IMG/VR virus record: IMGVR_UViG_3300048091_000193 | Span: 1-52,696 of that record | Length of the DNA stretch: 52,696 bases | From: a virus | Taxonomy: Duplodnaviria > Heunggongvirae > Uroviricota > Caudoviricetes | Direction: 5' to 3' (one strand) | Shown: one piece after another, positions 24,048 through 33,100 of the stretch | Layout: each line of letters opens with the position of its first letter | Numbering within the stretch: the first letter of the stretch is position 1 | Position numbers and translations under genes: made by a program | The notes under the pieces: model-generated | Databases searched by the model: none | What the model saw: only the letters and a program-made list of their open reading frames with translations | Told to the model about the DNA's origin: nothing

Positions 24048-24302
24048 ATGGACCACAAACTCGAAATCTACGGGCAGGACGACTGTCGGTTCTGCGCCGC
24101 TGCCGTGGCCTTCTGTGACAAGCGCGGTCTGCCCTACGTCTACCTCAACATGACCAGCTCTCCGATCCTGCGCGTCGAGATGTTGGAGCGCGCACCGGGC
24201 GCCAAGACGGCCCCACAGATCTTCATCGGACCACATCGGATTGGCGGGTTTGACGACCTGCAGCGCAGCTATCCGGTCGTTCAGCAAATCCTCGGAGGCT
24301 AA
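24048..24302 (+). CDS. Glutaredoxin (GrxC-like)
   Basis: CRFC active site, TAPQIFIG, IGGFDDL. Confidence 0.9.
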   Translation: MDHKLEIYGQDDCRFCAAAVAFCDKRGLPYVYLNMTSSPILRVEMLERAPGAKTAPQIFIGPHRIGGFDDLQRSYPVVQQILGG

Positions 24303-24303
24303 T

Positions 24304-25119
24304 TTGAATCTTGTTACCGTCAAAATCCTGGCAGCAGGCTGGGAAACGTTCAATGGCGATTTCTGCGGCTGGGAATTCAAGGACGCCGTGTCGGTCAGCC
24401 CCGTGCCCCGTGTGATCTCGGATCGCATGTCGGCAATCCTTCACTGCGAAATCACCGATCTCGACGGTAATGAGCTGGGGCAGGGCGGCGCCGCTGCGCG
24501 CCTGGCCGGCGCCAAGGAGGTCTCTGCCGAGGTGACTGCGCCGCTGGCGTTTGCGACCGAGGCTGAAGTTGCGGCCGAGCAGGCCAAGGCCCTGCACGAC
24601 GCAGGCATCCAGGTCGGTGAGAAGATCTACACCGAGAAGGAGCTCGAGGCGATCGCGTCCGCCGACGGCATCGAGGGTATACGCCTGATCGCCAAGCCTT
24701 ACGGCGTCAAGGATCGCTCCATCGCCAAGTTGATCGTCGAGATCATCAAGGCGCAGAACAAGCATCTCGCCCGCAAGGCCGAGCTGATCGACGAGCAGAA
24801 GCTGGCACGCGCCAAGGCCGGCGACGAAGCTATGAAGGCGATGCTCGAGCACGAAGCCAAGATCACGGCCGCGGCGCGTGTCCTGGCCGACGACAGGACC
24901 CCGAATGCGATCGGTCCCGACGGCAAGGCGATCTATGTGGCTCCGGTTGAGCCGACGCCGCCCGCTGCCGAGACCGAAACACCTGCTGAGACGACCGCGG
25001 ATGAACCGGCGCCTGAGCAGACCGATGCCTCGACCGAAGCCCAGACGGCTATCGGTGAGATGGCAAAGGAACAGACCGAGCAGACCGAAGCCCCACAGGG
25101 CGAAGGCGAGCAGGTCTAA
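24304..25119 (+). CDS. Hypothetical virion/head-associated protein
   Basis: TTG start after GGAGG; low-complexity acidic C-terminus; position in head module. Confidence 0.6.
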   Translation: MNLVTVKILAAGWETFNGDFCGWEFKDAVSVSPVPRVISDRMSAILHCEITDLDGNELGQGGAAARLAGAKEVSAEVTAPLAFATEAEVAAEQAKALHDAGIQVGEKIYTEKELEAIASADGIEGIRLIAKPYGVKDRSIAKLIVEIIKAQNKHLARKAELIDEQKLARAKAGDEAMKAMLEHEAKITAAARVLADDRTPNAIGPDGKAIYVAPVEPTPPAAETETPAETTADEPAPEQTDASTEAQTAIGEMAKEQTEQTEAPQGEGEQV

Positions 25120-25907
25120 TGATCGGCATTCCCGTCGGTTCTGACGCCACCCTCGATGTTCCGTTCGTGGATCTCAACGGCGACCCGGTCACTCCGACCG
25201 GGCTTGCCTATGCGGTCTATGACGGCGAGGGCGTGCCGATCGTCGAATTGACGCCGATCGCAGATCTGACGGGAACGCATGCCACCATCACCGTGCCGGC
25301 CGGGCTTCACGCTCAGCCGGGCGGCTATTCCATTCAGCTGTTCATCACCGTGGGTTCGCAGACCTTTATCGAGGAGGTCGTCTACGGCGTCTTCGCGGTC
25401 AACTCACTGGTGTTTCTCAAGAACAGCTTTCAGACCTTCGCGCAGGCCTTCTACTTGGCGACCAATATTCCGAACCTGACGTCGATCACCGGATCCTCCA
25501 AGAAGGAGATCGTGCCGGCGCTGATCGAGGCGTTCGATCGCATCACCAAGTTGAACTTCGTCATTCCCTGGCCCGAACTGCTCGATATGCAGAGCCGGAT
25601 CGCGCCGCATTACAAGCAGGGCCTGACCCCGCTGATGTGGCCGCTGATGACCGAGGAGCTGTTCGCGCAGTATCCGGAGAACTTTCGCAAGGCGCTGTGC
25701 AAGGCCCAAGTCGTCGAGGCCAATCAGATCCTCACCGGTGACAGCTATGCCAGCCGGCGCCGCGCCGGCCTGATGTCCGAATCTGTCGGCGAGAGCTCGA
25801 TGATGTTCAAGGCCGGCGTTCGCCCGCTGGATCTCGGCATGTCGCGCGAGGCCCTGGATTGCCTGACCGGCTTCCTCAATAACCGCATCACCACGACCCG
25901 CGCATGA
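25119..25907 (+). CDS. Head-tail connector/adaptor-like protein
   Basis: Position; C-terminal ALCKAQVVEAN...SESVGESS resembles head-completion proteins. Confidence 0.55.
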   Translation: MIGIPVGSDATLDVPFVDLNGDPVTPTGLAYAVYDGEGVPIVELTPIADLTGTHATITVPAGLHAQPGGYSIQLFITVGSQTFIEEVVYGVFAVNSLVFLKNSFQTFAQAFYLATNIPNLTSITGSSKKEIVPALIEAFDRITKLNFVIPWPELLDMQSRIAPHYKQGLTPLMWPLMTEELFAQYPENFRKALCKAQVVEANQILTGDSYASRRRAGLMSESVGESSMMFKAGVRPLDLGMSREALDCLTGFLNNRITTTRA

Positions 25908-26665
25908 TCCCGACGCAAATCATGTCGGCGATGGCCGACGCTGCCGCCCAGCGCTACGGCATGCTGCTCGACGGGTTCAAGACGATCTACGCCCGCGCGC
26001 TCGATGCGCCGGATTTCGGCACGCCCAAACAGATCAGTGACGCCGCATACCAGGCGGTCAGTATGTCGTCCTTCTACCTGATCAAGGAAGAAGCCGATAT
26101 CGAAGATAATCTCGACATCATCGCAGAAACAGCGCTTACAGCGACCCGCGATGAACTGAGCGTCGCACATCAAGAAGCACTTCCCGACGACGTCAGCGAG
26201 CACCTGAACGCATTCTCGGTGTATATGCTCGATGAACTGCGCTTGCAGATCGAGCGCGACATCGCTTTCCTGAACAAGACCCTGCGCGCGACCCATCTCA
26301 CTGTGCATCTGGCCGCCCGCGCCCAGCGAGTGCCGCTGCGCGCCGCGCTCATTACGCATCGGGTAGGCAACTCGTCGCCCCTGCAATTCGCATTTCATGA
26401 TCGTCGCAGCGCAAAGTGGCCCTCGAAGCGGCACGTTCGCACGTTCTGGCGCCACAACCTTCTCGCCGTCTACAACGACAGCGTTCTCATGACGCTGGCC
26501 GATCACGGCATCGACAACGCGCAGATCAAGCATAACGACCCGGCATCCGAGTTTCACGGCATGATCGTCACCATGTCGCCCTCGACCGACGGGCCGACCT
26601 ATGCCGACGTCAAGGATGCCGCGTTTCATCCGAACGCCGAGGCTGTCCTTGTGAGGTCGGTCTGA
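25904..26665 (+). CDS. Hypothetical virion morphogenesis protein
   Basis: Coupled within the head-tail module. Confidence 0.55.
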   Translation: MIPTQIMSAMADAAAQRYGMLLDGFKTIYARALDAPDFGTPKQISDAAYQAVSMSSFYLIKEEADIEDNLDIIAETALTATRDELSVAHQEALPDDVSEHLNAFSVYMLDELRLQIERDIAFLNKTLRATHLTVHLAARAQRVPLRAALITHRVGNSSPLQFAFHDRRSAKWPSKRHVRTFWRHNLLAVYNDSVLMTLADHGIDNAQIKHNDPASEFHGMIVTMSPSTDGPTYADVKDAAFHPNAEAVLVRSV

Positions 26666-27009
26666 TGATGATCCCGAACACCTTCGGCATGCTGTCGCGG
26701 CGCGGCGCCAAGAACATCTACGGCGAATTCTCCTTTGTCGCGCCGGTGCGCGTCCCATGCGCCGTCGTGCATTCGACGCGTGCGAACCTGAAGACGCCAG
26801 TGCGCGCCGACAGTTCGGCCAGCCGGGGTGCTGCCGAGGAGAAGGTTGCCGTCTCCAAGATCCTGTTTCCAAAGACCGTCGCCATCGACACGAACGACAA
26901 GTTCGAAATCGACGGCAAGGTTCTGCGCGTCACCGGCATCGAGGAGCGCAAGAACGTCCTGGGGCAGCTCGATCATTTTGAGGTCGATTTCGAGATGTTC
27001 CCGGCATGA
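26665..27009 (+). CDS. Head-closure/head-tail joining protein (putative)
   Basis: 114 aa, beta-rich, DKFEIDGKVLRV; canonical position. Confidence 0.55.
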   Translation: MMIPNTFGMLSRRGAKNIYGEFSFVAPVRVPCAVVHSTRANLKTPVRADSSASRGAAEEKVAVSKILFPKTVAIDTNDKFEIDGKVLRVTGIEERKNVLGQLDHFEVDFEMFPA

Positions 27010-27458
27010 AGGCGAAAATGTCCATGACGGGTGCCGACACTCTGATGGCTCAGCTGCGCAATGCCGCGGTGAAGGTGCCGGAGAACGCGCGCAAGACCAT
27101 GAACCGCGAGAGCGTGAAGATCATGGAGCTCGCAAAGAAGATGGCGCCCGAGGATGACGCCGAGCTCACGGACTCAATCCATCTCGAGAAGATGTATGAG
27201 AGCCGCGGCCGCCTGGTCATCAACATCGTCGCCGGCGGCACCGTGCGCGGGGTCAACGTCGATAGATACGCGATGCTGATTCACGAGAACTACGAGGGCA
27301 TGGTCCCCGGCGAGATCACCATCCTGAAGCGCCAGATCTACCCGGACATCTATGTCGGCGGGAAGTTCATCGAGCGCGCGGTCGAACAATCCAAACCCAA
27401 GCTCGAGAAGGCGCTGATCGTCAGCGTCACAAACGACATGGAAATGTTGATCGGATGA
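27006..27458 (+). CDS. HK97 gp10-like neck/tail-completion protein
   Basis: AKKMAPEDDAELTDSI, YAMLIHE, KFIERAVE pattern. Confidence 0.65.
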   Translation: MKAKMSMTGADTLMAQLRNAAVKVPENARKTMNRESVKIMELAKKMAPEDDAELTDSIHLEKMYESRGRLVINIVAGGTVRGVNVDRYAMLIHENYEGMVPGEITILKRQIYPDIYVGGKFIERAVEQSKPKLEKALIVSVTNDMEMLIG

Positions 27459-27853
27459 AACTCGAAATTCTAGCCAAGGTGCTCGAAGACGCCGACTGCG
27501 GCACGATCGGTGAAACGATCTTTGTGCATCGCATGGATGCCGAGACCCGCATCGGCGTGCTGCTACGCAATCCCCTCGACGGCACCCCGGTCGATCCGAA
27601 TTTGCCCGGCTATTACCGCTCCAAGCTGCAGGCGATCGTTCGGCACGACGGCCAGGCCGAGGGCGATCTCCTGGCCGACAAGGTCGGCAAGGCGCTGAAG
27701 ATGTTCAACCGCCGCTTCACCGGGCCGGGCAACCAGCTCGTGATGAAGGTCAATCACATTTTCCCGTCGCAGCTCCCAATCACCTACCCGCGTCTGCCGG
27801 GGCAGGGGATCGAGTGGTCGCTGAATTTCACCACCTCCTACGTTCAACCATAA
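27455..27853 (+). CDS. Tail terminator-like protein
   Basis: 132 aa; LQAIVR, WSLNF; canonical position before the tail tube. Confidence 0.6.
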   Translation: MKLEILAKVLEDADCGTIGETIFVHRMDAETRIGVLLRNPLDGTPVDPNLPGYYRSKLQAIVRHDGQAEGDLLADKVGKALKMFNRRFTGPGNQLVMKVNHIFPSQLPITYPRLPGQGIEWSLNFTTSYVQP

Positions 27854-27862
27854 GGATCAGAA

Positions 27863-28393
27863 ATGCCCGCGCTACCCTCCGCCTATGCCTGGCTCAATGA
27901 CGAGCCCGGTCCGAAGCTTCTCCTCGAAATGCTCAAGCTCTACGGCACGGTCGAAAAGCCCGGCGCCGGCGACAACCCCCAGATCATTGCCTGGGCCAAC
28001 GAGATCGGCGTCGGCAAGACCTACGTTCATGACTCGACTCCTTGGTGTGGCCTTGCGACCGGCGTCGCAGCGCAGCGCGCCGGCAAGTCCATTCCGAAGA
28101 CCCCGCTCTGGGCGCTGTCGTGGGCTGAGTTCGGCGTGAAGGTGCCGCGACCGATGCTCGGCGACGTTCTGGTGTTCAAGCGCGAGGGCGGCGGGCACGT
28201 CACGGTCTATGTCGGCGAAGACGACACGGCCTATCACTGCCTGGGCGGCAACCAGTCGGACCAGGTCAACATCACCCGTATCGCGAAGAACCGTCTCTAC
28301 GCCGCGCGTCGCCCACTGATGACCGTGGCTCCGACGAACATTCGCGTCGTGAGGTTGTCCAGCGGCGGGCGTCTGTCCCAAAACGAGGCCTGA
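27863..28393 (+). CDS. TIGR02594-family putative peptidoglycan hydrolase (CHAP/NlpC-like)
   Basis: NPQIIAWA, TPWCG, GDVLVFKREGGGHV, LGGNQSDQV. Confidence 0.8.
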   Translation: MPALPSAYAWLNDEPGPKLLLEMLKLYGTVEKPGAGDNPQIIAWANEIGVGKTYVHDSTPWCGLATGVAAQRAGKSIPKTPLWALSWAEFGVKVPRPMLGDVLVFKREGGGHVTVYVGEDDTAYHCLGGNQSDQVNITRIAKNRLYAARRPLMTVAPTNIRVVRLSSGGRLSQNEA

Positions 28394-28398
28394 TATTA

Positions 28399-28416
28399 TA
28401 CGTCAGTATTGACTTG
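28399..28416. repeat. 18-bp palindrome family
   Basis: TACGTCA-GTAT-TGACTTG upstream of the tail tube gene. Confidence 0.7.
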
Positions 28417-28482
28417 TAATATGTCGCCGATGCCTTAAAATATTGGCAGTCATTTCTCGACAGCTCTGAAAAGGACTTTGCT

Positions 28483-29343
28483 ATGTCGAATACCGAGAAT
28501 GTTAAGCTGGGCGTCTGCAATGTGTCCTTTGACGGGAACGACCTGGGCTATACCCAGGGCGGTGTCGAAGTCGCCGTTGCGTCCACGACCCATGAAGTGA
28601 AGGTCGACCAGTTCGGCGACTCGCCGGTCAACGAATACATCATGGGCCGCACCTGCACCGCGAAGGTTCCGCTCGCCGAAACCACCCTGGAAAACCTCGT
28701 GCGCATCATGCCGGGTGCGACCCTGTCGCAGACGGGCGGCGCCAAGGCGTCGGGCACCGTGACGTTCGTGACCGCTCCCCCGGTCGACGGCGACAAGGTG
28801 ACCGTCAACGGCGTGGATTTCACCTTCAAGACCAGCCCGGTCGGTGCCAACGATATTGCCATTCCTGGCACGATCGCTGCCGCTGCGACCGCTCTCGCCG
28901 CGAAGATCAATGCGTCGACCAACCCGGCCATTACCGTTGGCGCGGTTGCTGCAGCTGGAGCCGTTACTCTGACGGCCGATAGCTTCGGCGTCGCCGGCAA
29001 CGCGGTGACCCTGGCTAAGACCGCTGTCACCTCGGCCAATCTCACCGTCTCCGGTGCGACCCTGACCGGCGGCACCGCTCCGACCAAGGTTGCCGTGAAG
29101 GTCACCAACGCGATCGGCACCTCGCTGCTGGCCTCGGCCAAGAAGCTGGTTCTGCATCCGGTTGCGCTGCCGCCCGAAGACACGAGCGAGGACTTCATCA
29201 TCCCGCTGGCCAACACCGCCGGCGCGCTGCAGTTCTCGTTCAAGCTCGACCAGGAGCGCCTGTTCCCGGTCGACTTCAAGGCCTATCCGGATCCGGTCAC
29301 CAAGACGCTGTTCATCGTCGGCGACGAAACCGCAGCCGCCTAA
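28483..29343 (+). CDS. Major tail (tube) protein with internal beta-rich insertion
   Basis: LGYTQGGVEV, VKVDQFG, ETTLENL; AAGGA RBS; optimised codons; terminator follows. Confidence 0.8.
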   Translation: MSNTENVKLGVCNVSFDGNDLGYTQGGVEVAVASTTHEVKVDQFGDSPVNEYIMGRTCTAKVPLAETTLENLVRIMPGATLSQTGGAKASGTVTFVTAPPVDGDKVTVNGVDFTFKTSPVGANDIAIPGTIAAAATALAAKINASTNPAITVGAVAAAGAVTLTADSFGVAGNAVTLAKTAVTSANLTVSGATLTGGTAPTKVAVKVTNAIGTSLLASAKKLVLHPVALPPEDTSEDFIIPLANTAGALQFSFKLDQERLFPVDFKAYPDPVTKTLFIVGDETAAA

Positions 29344-29368
29344 TTTGGCCTTGTCTTCGGCCGAATTA

Positions 29369-29386
29369 TAAGTCAATACTGACTGA
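29369..29386. repeat. 18-bp palindrome family
   Basis: TAAGTCA-ATAC-TGACTGA, overlapping a terminator stem. Confidence 0.8.
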
Positions 29387-29414
29387 CAGCGCTTAACCCG
29401 CGCTGTCAGTTTTT
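29382..29414 (+). terminator. Intrinsic terminator after tail tube gene
   Basis: ACTGACAGCGC-TTAACCC-GCGCTGTCAGT then TTTT. Confidence 0.75.
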
Positions 29415-29437
29415 CTTTGTCACCAACGCGGGGCCAC

Positions 29438-29794
29438 ATGGCAAAAACAAACACCGTTTATCTCGATCTGGACACCGTCGTTCCGGAGATGGAGATCGTC
29501 GTCAAGCTGGACAAAAAGAGCCATCCGCTGATGCCGATTTCGGTCGAGGACTTCGTCAAGAATATCCAGACGCTGGAGAAGCTCGGCACGGGCCAGCTCG
29601 ATACGGCGACTGAGAAGGGTTTGATCGTCGACATGCTGGTGCAGGTGCTGCCCTCGATCGGCACCGAGCGCCTCAACAAGCTCTCCATGTTGCAGCTGAA
29701 CAAGTTGATCGATTTTACCCGTGAACACTCGGGCGAGAAGAAGGTGGAGGCCGCAGCAACGGTAGTCTCCAAGGACCCTCCGACGGGAGAGTAA
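29438..29794 (+). CDS. Tail assembly chaperone (gpG-like)
   Basis: Position between tube and tape measure genes. Confidence 0.65.
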   Translation: MAKTNTVYLDLDTVVPEMEIVVKLDKKSHPLMPISVEDFVKNIQTLEKLGTGQLDTATEKGLIVDMLVQVLPSIGTERLNKLSMLQLNKLIDFTREHSGEKKVEAAATVVSKDPPTGE

Positions 29795-29832
29795 TCAAGT
29801 CGATCGACTTCGGCTTCTTATTCTCCCGTGTC

Positions 29833-30135
29833 ATGGCTTTCTACCCGTTGGGCTTCCTCGAAACGCGTCAGCTTCCGCTGAAGACGTTTTGGGGGCTCAA
29901 CAAGAACATCGACCGCATCAGTGCCGAGCGCGACCTGCGCCAGGCAATGATCGGGATCCGAAGCCAGTCTTCGGAAGGCGTCAAAGAGATGATGACCGAT
30001 CTGCGAGGGCAGATGGGCACCGTCTACGAGATCGACGAACGCGCAGAGGCAGCAAACACGGTTCGGACCAGTCGGGAAGAACTGCGCCGTATCGCGCGTA
30101 TCGGAGATCTGAAGAATAATGTCTATCCGCGTTGA
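29833..30135 (+). CDS. Tail assembly chaperone, second ORF (gpT-like; likely frameshift fusion)
   Basis: Lies in the -1 frame of the upstream ORF and is open from 29725, reading RVIKSIDFGFLFSRV before the ATG. Confidence 0.6.
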   Translation: MAFYPLGFLETRQLPLKTFWGLNKNIDRISAERDLRQAMIGIRSQSSEGVKEMMTDLRGQMGTVYEIDERAEAANTVRTSREELRRIARIGDLKNNVYPR

Positions 30136-33100
30136 GCTTGAGCTAGACGATGGTTCGTTTACGACCCGCATGATCCATGCGGGCGAAACCGTCCGTCAAT
30201 TCCAAGGCAACGTGAACGGCACGATCTCCTCGATCAGCCGGCTCAATGAAACCAACACCACCTTCCTCGGCACCATGCGCGACATTACGGTCGTGCTTGG
30301 TCTGGCCTCGATGGCGTTCAACAACGTCAAGGGTGTGATGACCGGCTGGGCCGGCGACATCATCAAGGTCAATGCCGAAATGGAGCGCCTGAAGACGCTG
30401 CTCTCCGGCATGTCGAAGGCCGCGGATCCGATGAAGGATGCCGCGCAGCAGGTCAAGTTCCTGCGCGATTTCGCCAAGGATGCGCCGTTCGCGCTCAACA
30501 CCCTGGCCGATACGTTCGTGAAGATGAAGTCGACCGGCATCGATCCCATGAGCGGTGCGCTCAAGGGGCTGGTCGACGGTGTCGCGGCATTCGGCGGCAA
30601 CGATGAAACCCTGAAGCGCGCAACGGTCGCGATCACCCAGATGGCGGGTAAGGGCGTCATCCAGATGGAAGAATTGCGGCAGCAGCTCGGTGAAGCAATG
30701 CCGCGCGCCGTGGAGCTTATGGCTCGCTCGATGGGCGTGTCGATGGGTCAGCTGATCCAGGAGATCGGTAAGGGCACGCTCGACGCCAAGACGTCGCTCG
30801 CAGCCTTCAACATGGAACTGGAGCGATCGTTCGGCGGCGCCGCGGCGGCGCAGATGAACACCTTCAATGGTTTGATCTCGCGCACCAAGACGCTGATGCA
30901 GAACCTCGCGCTCGACATCGGCGAAGCCGGCTTCTTCGCCGCCGTCAAGGATCAGGTCCGGGATCTCAATCGCGCGCTGTCCGGCGACACGTTCAAATCC
31001 ATGTCCCAGGTCGTCGGTCAGACGCTCGCGACCGTTGTGAATTCGCTCGGCAGCGGCATCAAGTGGGTGATCGAGTTCCGCAACGAGATCGCAGCGGCCG
31101 GCACGATGCTGGCGACCATGTTCGGCGCCAAGATCCTCGCCCAGCTGACGCTGGGCCTGGTCGGCATGTTCCAGACCTGGCGCGCAGAGATGTCGCTGAC
31201 GATGGTGCAGCTGACGATGGTGCGCAACGGGTTCATGGGGCTCGGCAGCGTCATTGCCGGCGTGCGCTCGATGTCTGACGCGATGACTGCAGCGACGCTC
31301 ACCGCGGGCGCTCTGTCGCGCGTGCTGCCCTTGATCGGCTCCGGTCTCGTGTTCCTGGGCGGCTGGGTGCCGCTGATCGTCTCCGCGGTGTCGATGCTCG
31401 CGCTCGCATTCGGCAAATCGTCGGACGCGTCCAAGGACGCCTACGAAAATCTGGCCAAATACGGCGCCGAGAGCAAGAAGCAGGCCAACGAGGCCGCTGC
31501 CTTCCTGCCGCGCCTGGCCAAGGAAATCGAGACGATGAAGGCGCTGAAGGAGTCGCAGGAAAGCGACCCTTCGAACTCACTGGGCGGCGTCTGGATCACC
31601 GACGAGGATATTAAGAAGCTCGAAGACCAGTATGAGAAGGCGAAAGAGGTCGTCGGCAAGGGCTCCAAGGTCGGCGCAGCGAAGGATGCCGACAAGTTCA
31701 TCGAGAGCCAGAACGAGATCCTGGATGCGCGCTTGGCCGGCATCCGCAAGGGTATCGACGCCGAGCGCACACTCGCCAGCAAACAGTATGAGGACCAGCT
31801 CAAGTTCCTCAACGAGAACAAGAAGGACACGGCCAAACTTCAGGAGGATTACGCCTCCGAGAAGCGCCGCAAGGATCTCGAAGTCTATAAGAACGAGCAG
31901 AGCGCCTATTCGGAACAGCTGATCCAGCTGCAGATGATGGCGAACAATGGCAATGCCGAGGCCTTGGCGGCGCAGGATCGCTACCAGGCGGAGCTGCAGG
32001 CCAAGATCGCGGACAGTCAGGCGAAGATCGAGACCCTGACGGTCATGTCGTTGAAGCCGGTGTCGGTCGACAAGGGCGCGAACGTCGAGAAGGTGCTCGA
32101 ACAGGCGCGCGGCAAGCTGGACAACCTGAATGCAACGCTCGCCAGTCAGCGCGCCGAGCTCAACGGCGTGTCCGGTGAATACGCCAAGATGGCCTATTTG
32201 ATCGAGGACGCCGTCTCGAAGTCGAACGGCATGTGGACCTTGAACAATGAAAAGGTCATGGCCGTCGTCTCCGCGCTGAAGGAGGCACAGAAGCAGTCCG
32301 ACGAGCTCACGGAAAAGATCACCGGTCAGAAGCAGTTCGACAGCGACCTTCAGGCGGCCGAAGCCAAAGCGCGCCAGGAATACAATGCCGCCGTAGCCAA
32401 TGGCAAAACCGGCCTGGATGCGATCGCCGCTAAGATGCAGGCGGGTCTCTACAGCGGTCAGGGCGCCATCGCGCGCATGAACGGCGGGGTTGCGGGACTG
32501 GTCGACGTCGCGACGAACGCCGGCAAGGCCATGGACGGCGCCTTCGGTGACCAGATCCAGAACAAGGGCATCGGCCTGCTCGGCATCGTTGAGAAACTTG
32601 GCGCTGCGTGGAGCACGCTGCGCAACAATGCGACCGGCATCAATGCGGGCGACTACAAGTCCATGTCGCTGGAAAGCGGCACCTATAAGCCTGGCTCGAC
32701 CTATACCGCGAACGTGATCCGCCAGGAGAGCGGCGGACGTGCCGATGCCGCGTCAGACACGTCGACTGCGGTCGGTCTTGGGCAGTTTATCGAGGAAACC
32801 TGGCTCAAGTTCCTCAAGGATATGCACCCGGACATGCTCAATGCCGGGAAGCAGGCTGCACTCGATCTGCGCAAGAATCCGATCCTGTCGGAAGAAGCGA
32901 TCAACTGGCTGGCGTCCAAGAATATGGGCCAGCTGGATAAGGCCGGCGTGCCCACAACCGACGCGAACGTGTATCTGGCACATATGCTCGGCGCCGATGG
33001 CGCAATCTCAGCGCTGACCAAGAGCTCGGATACGATGCTCTCGACCATCAAGACGCTCGAGCCGGCGCTGAAATCGAACCCCACCTTGCGGGGTATGAGT

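Noticed and set aside
26095-26270. Shorter CC/GG-poor stretches (also 14678-14730, 50751-50808)
   Set aside because: Runs are only about 35-60 nt, broken by several CC/GG or locally AT-rich; cannot be distinguished from chance without computation.
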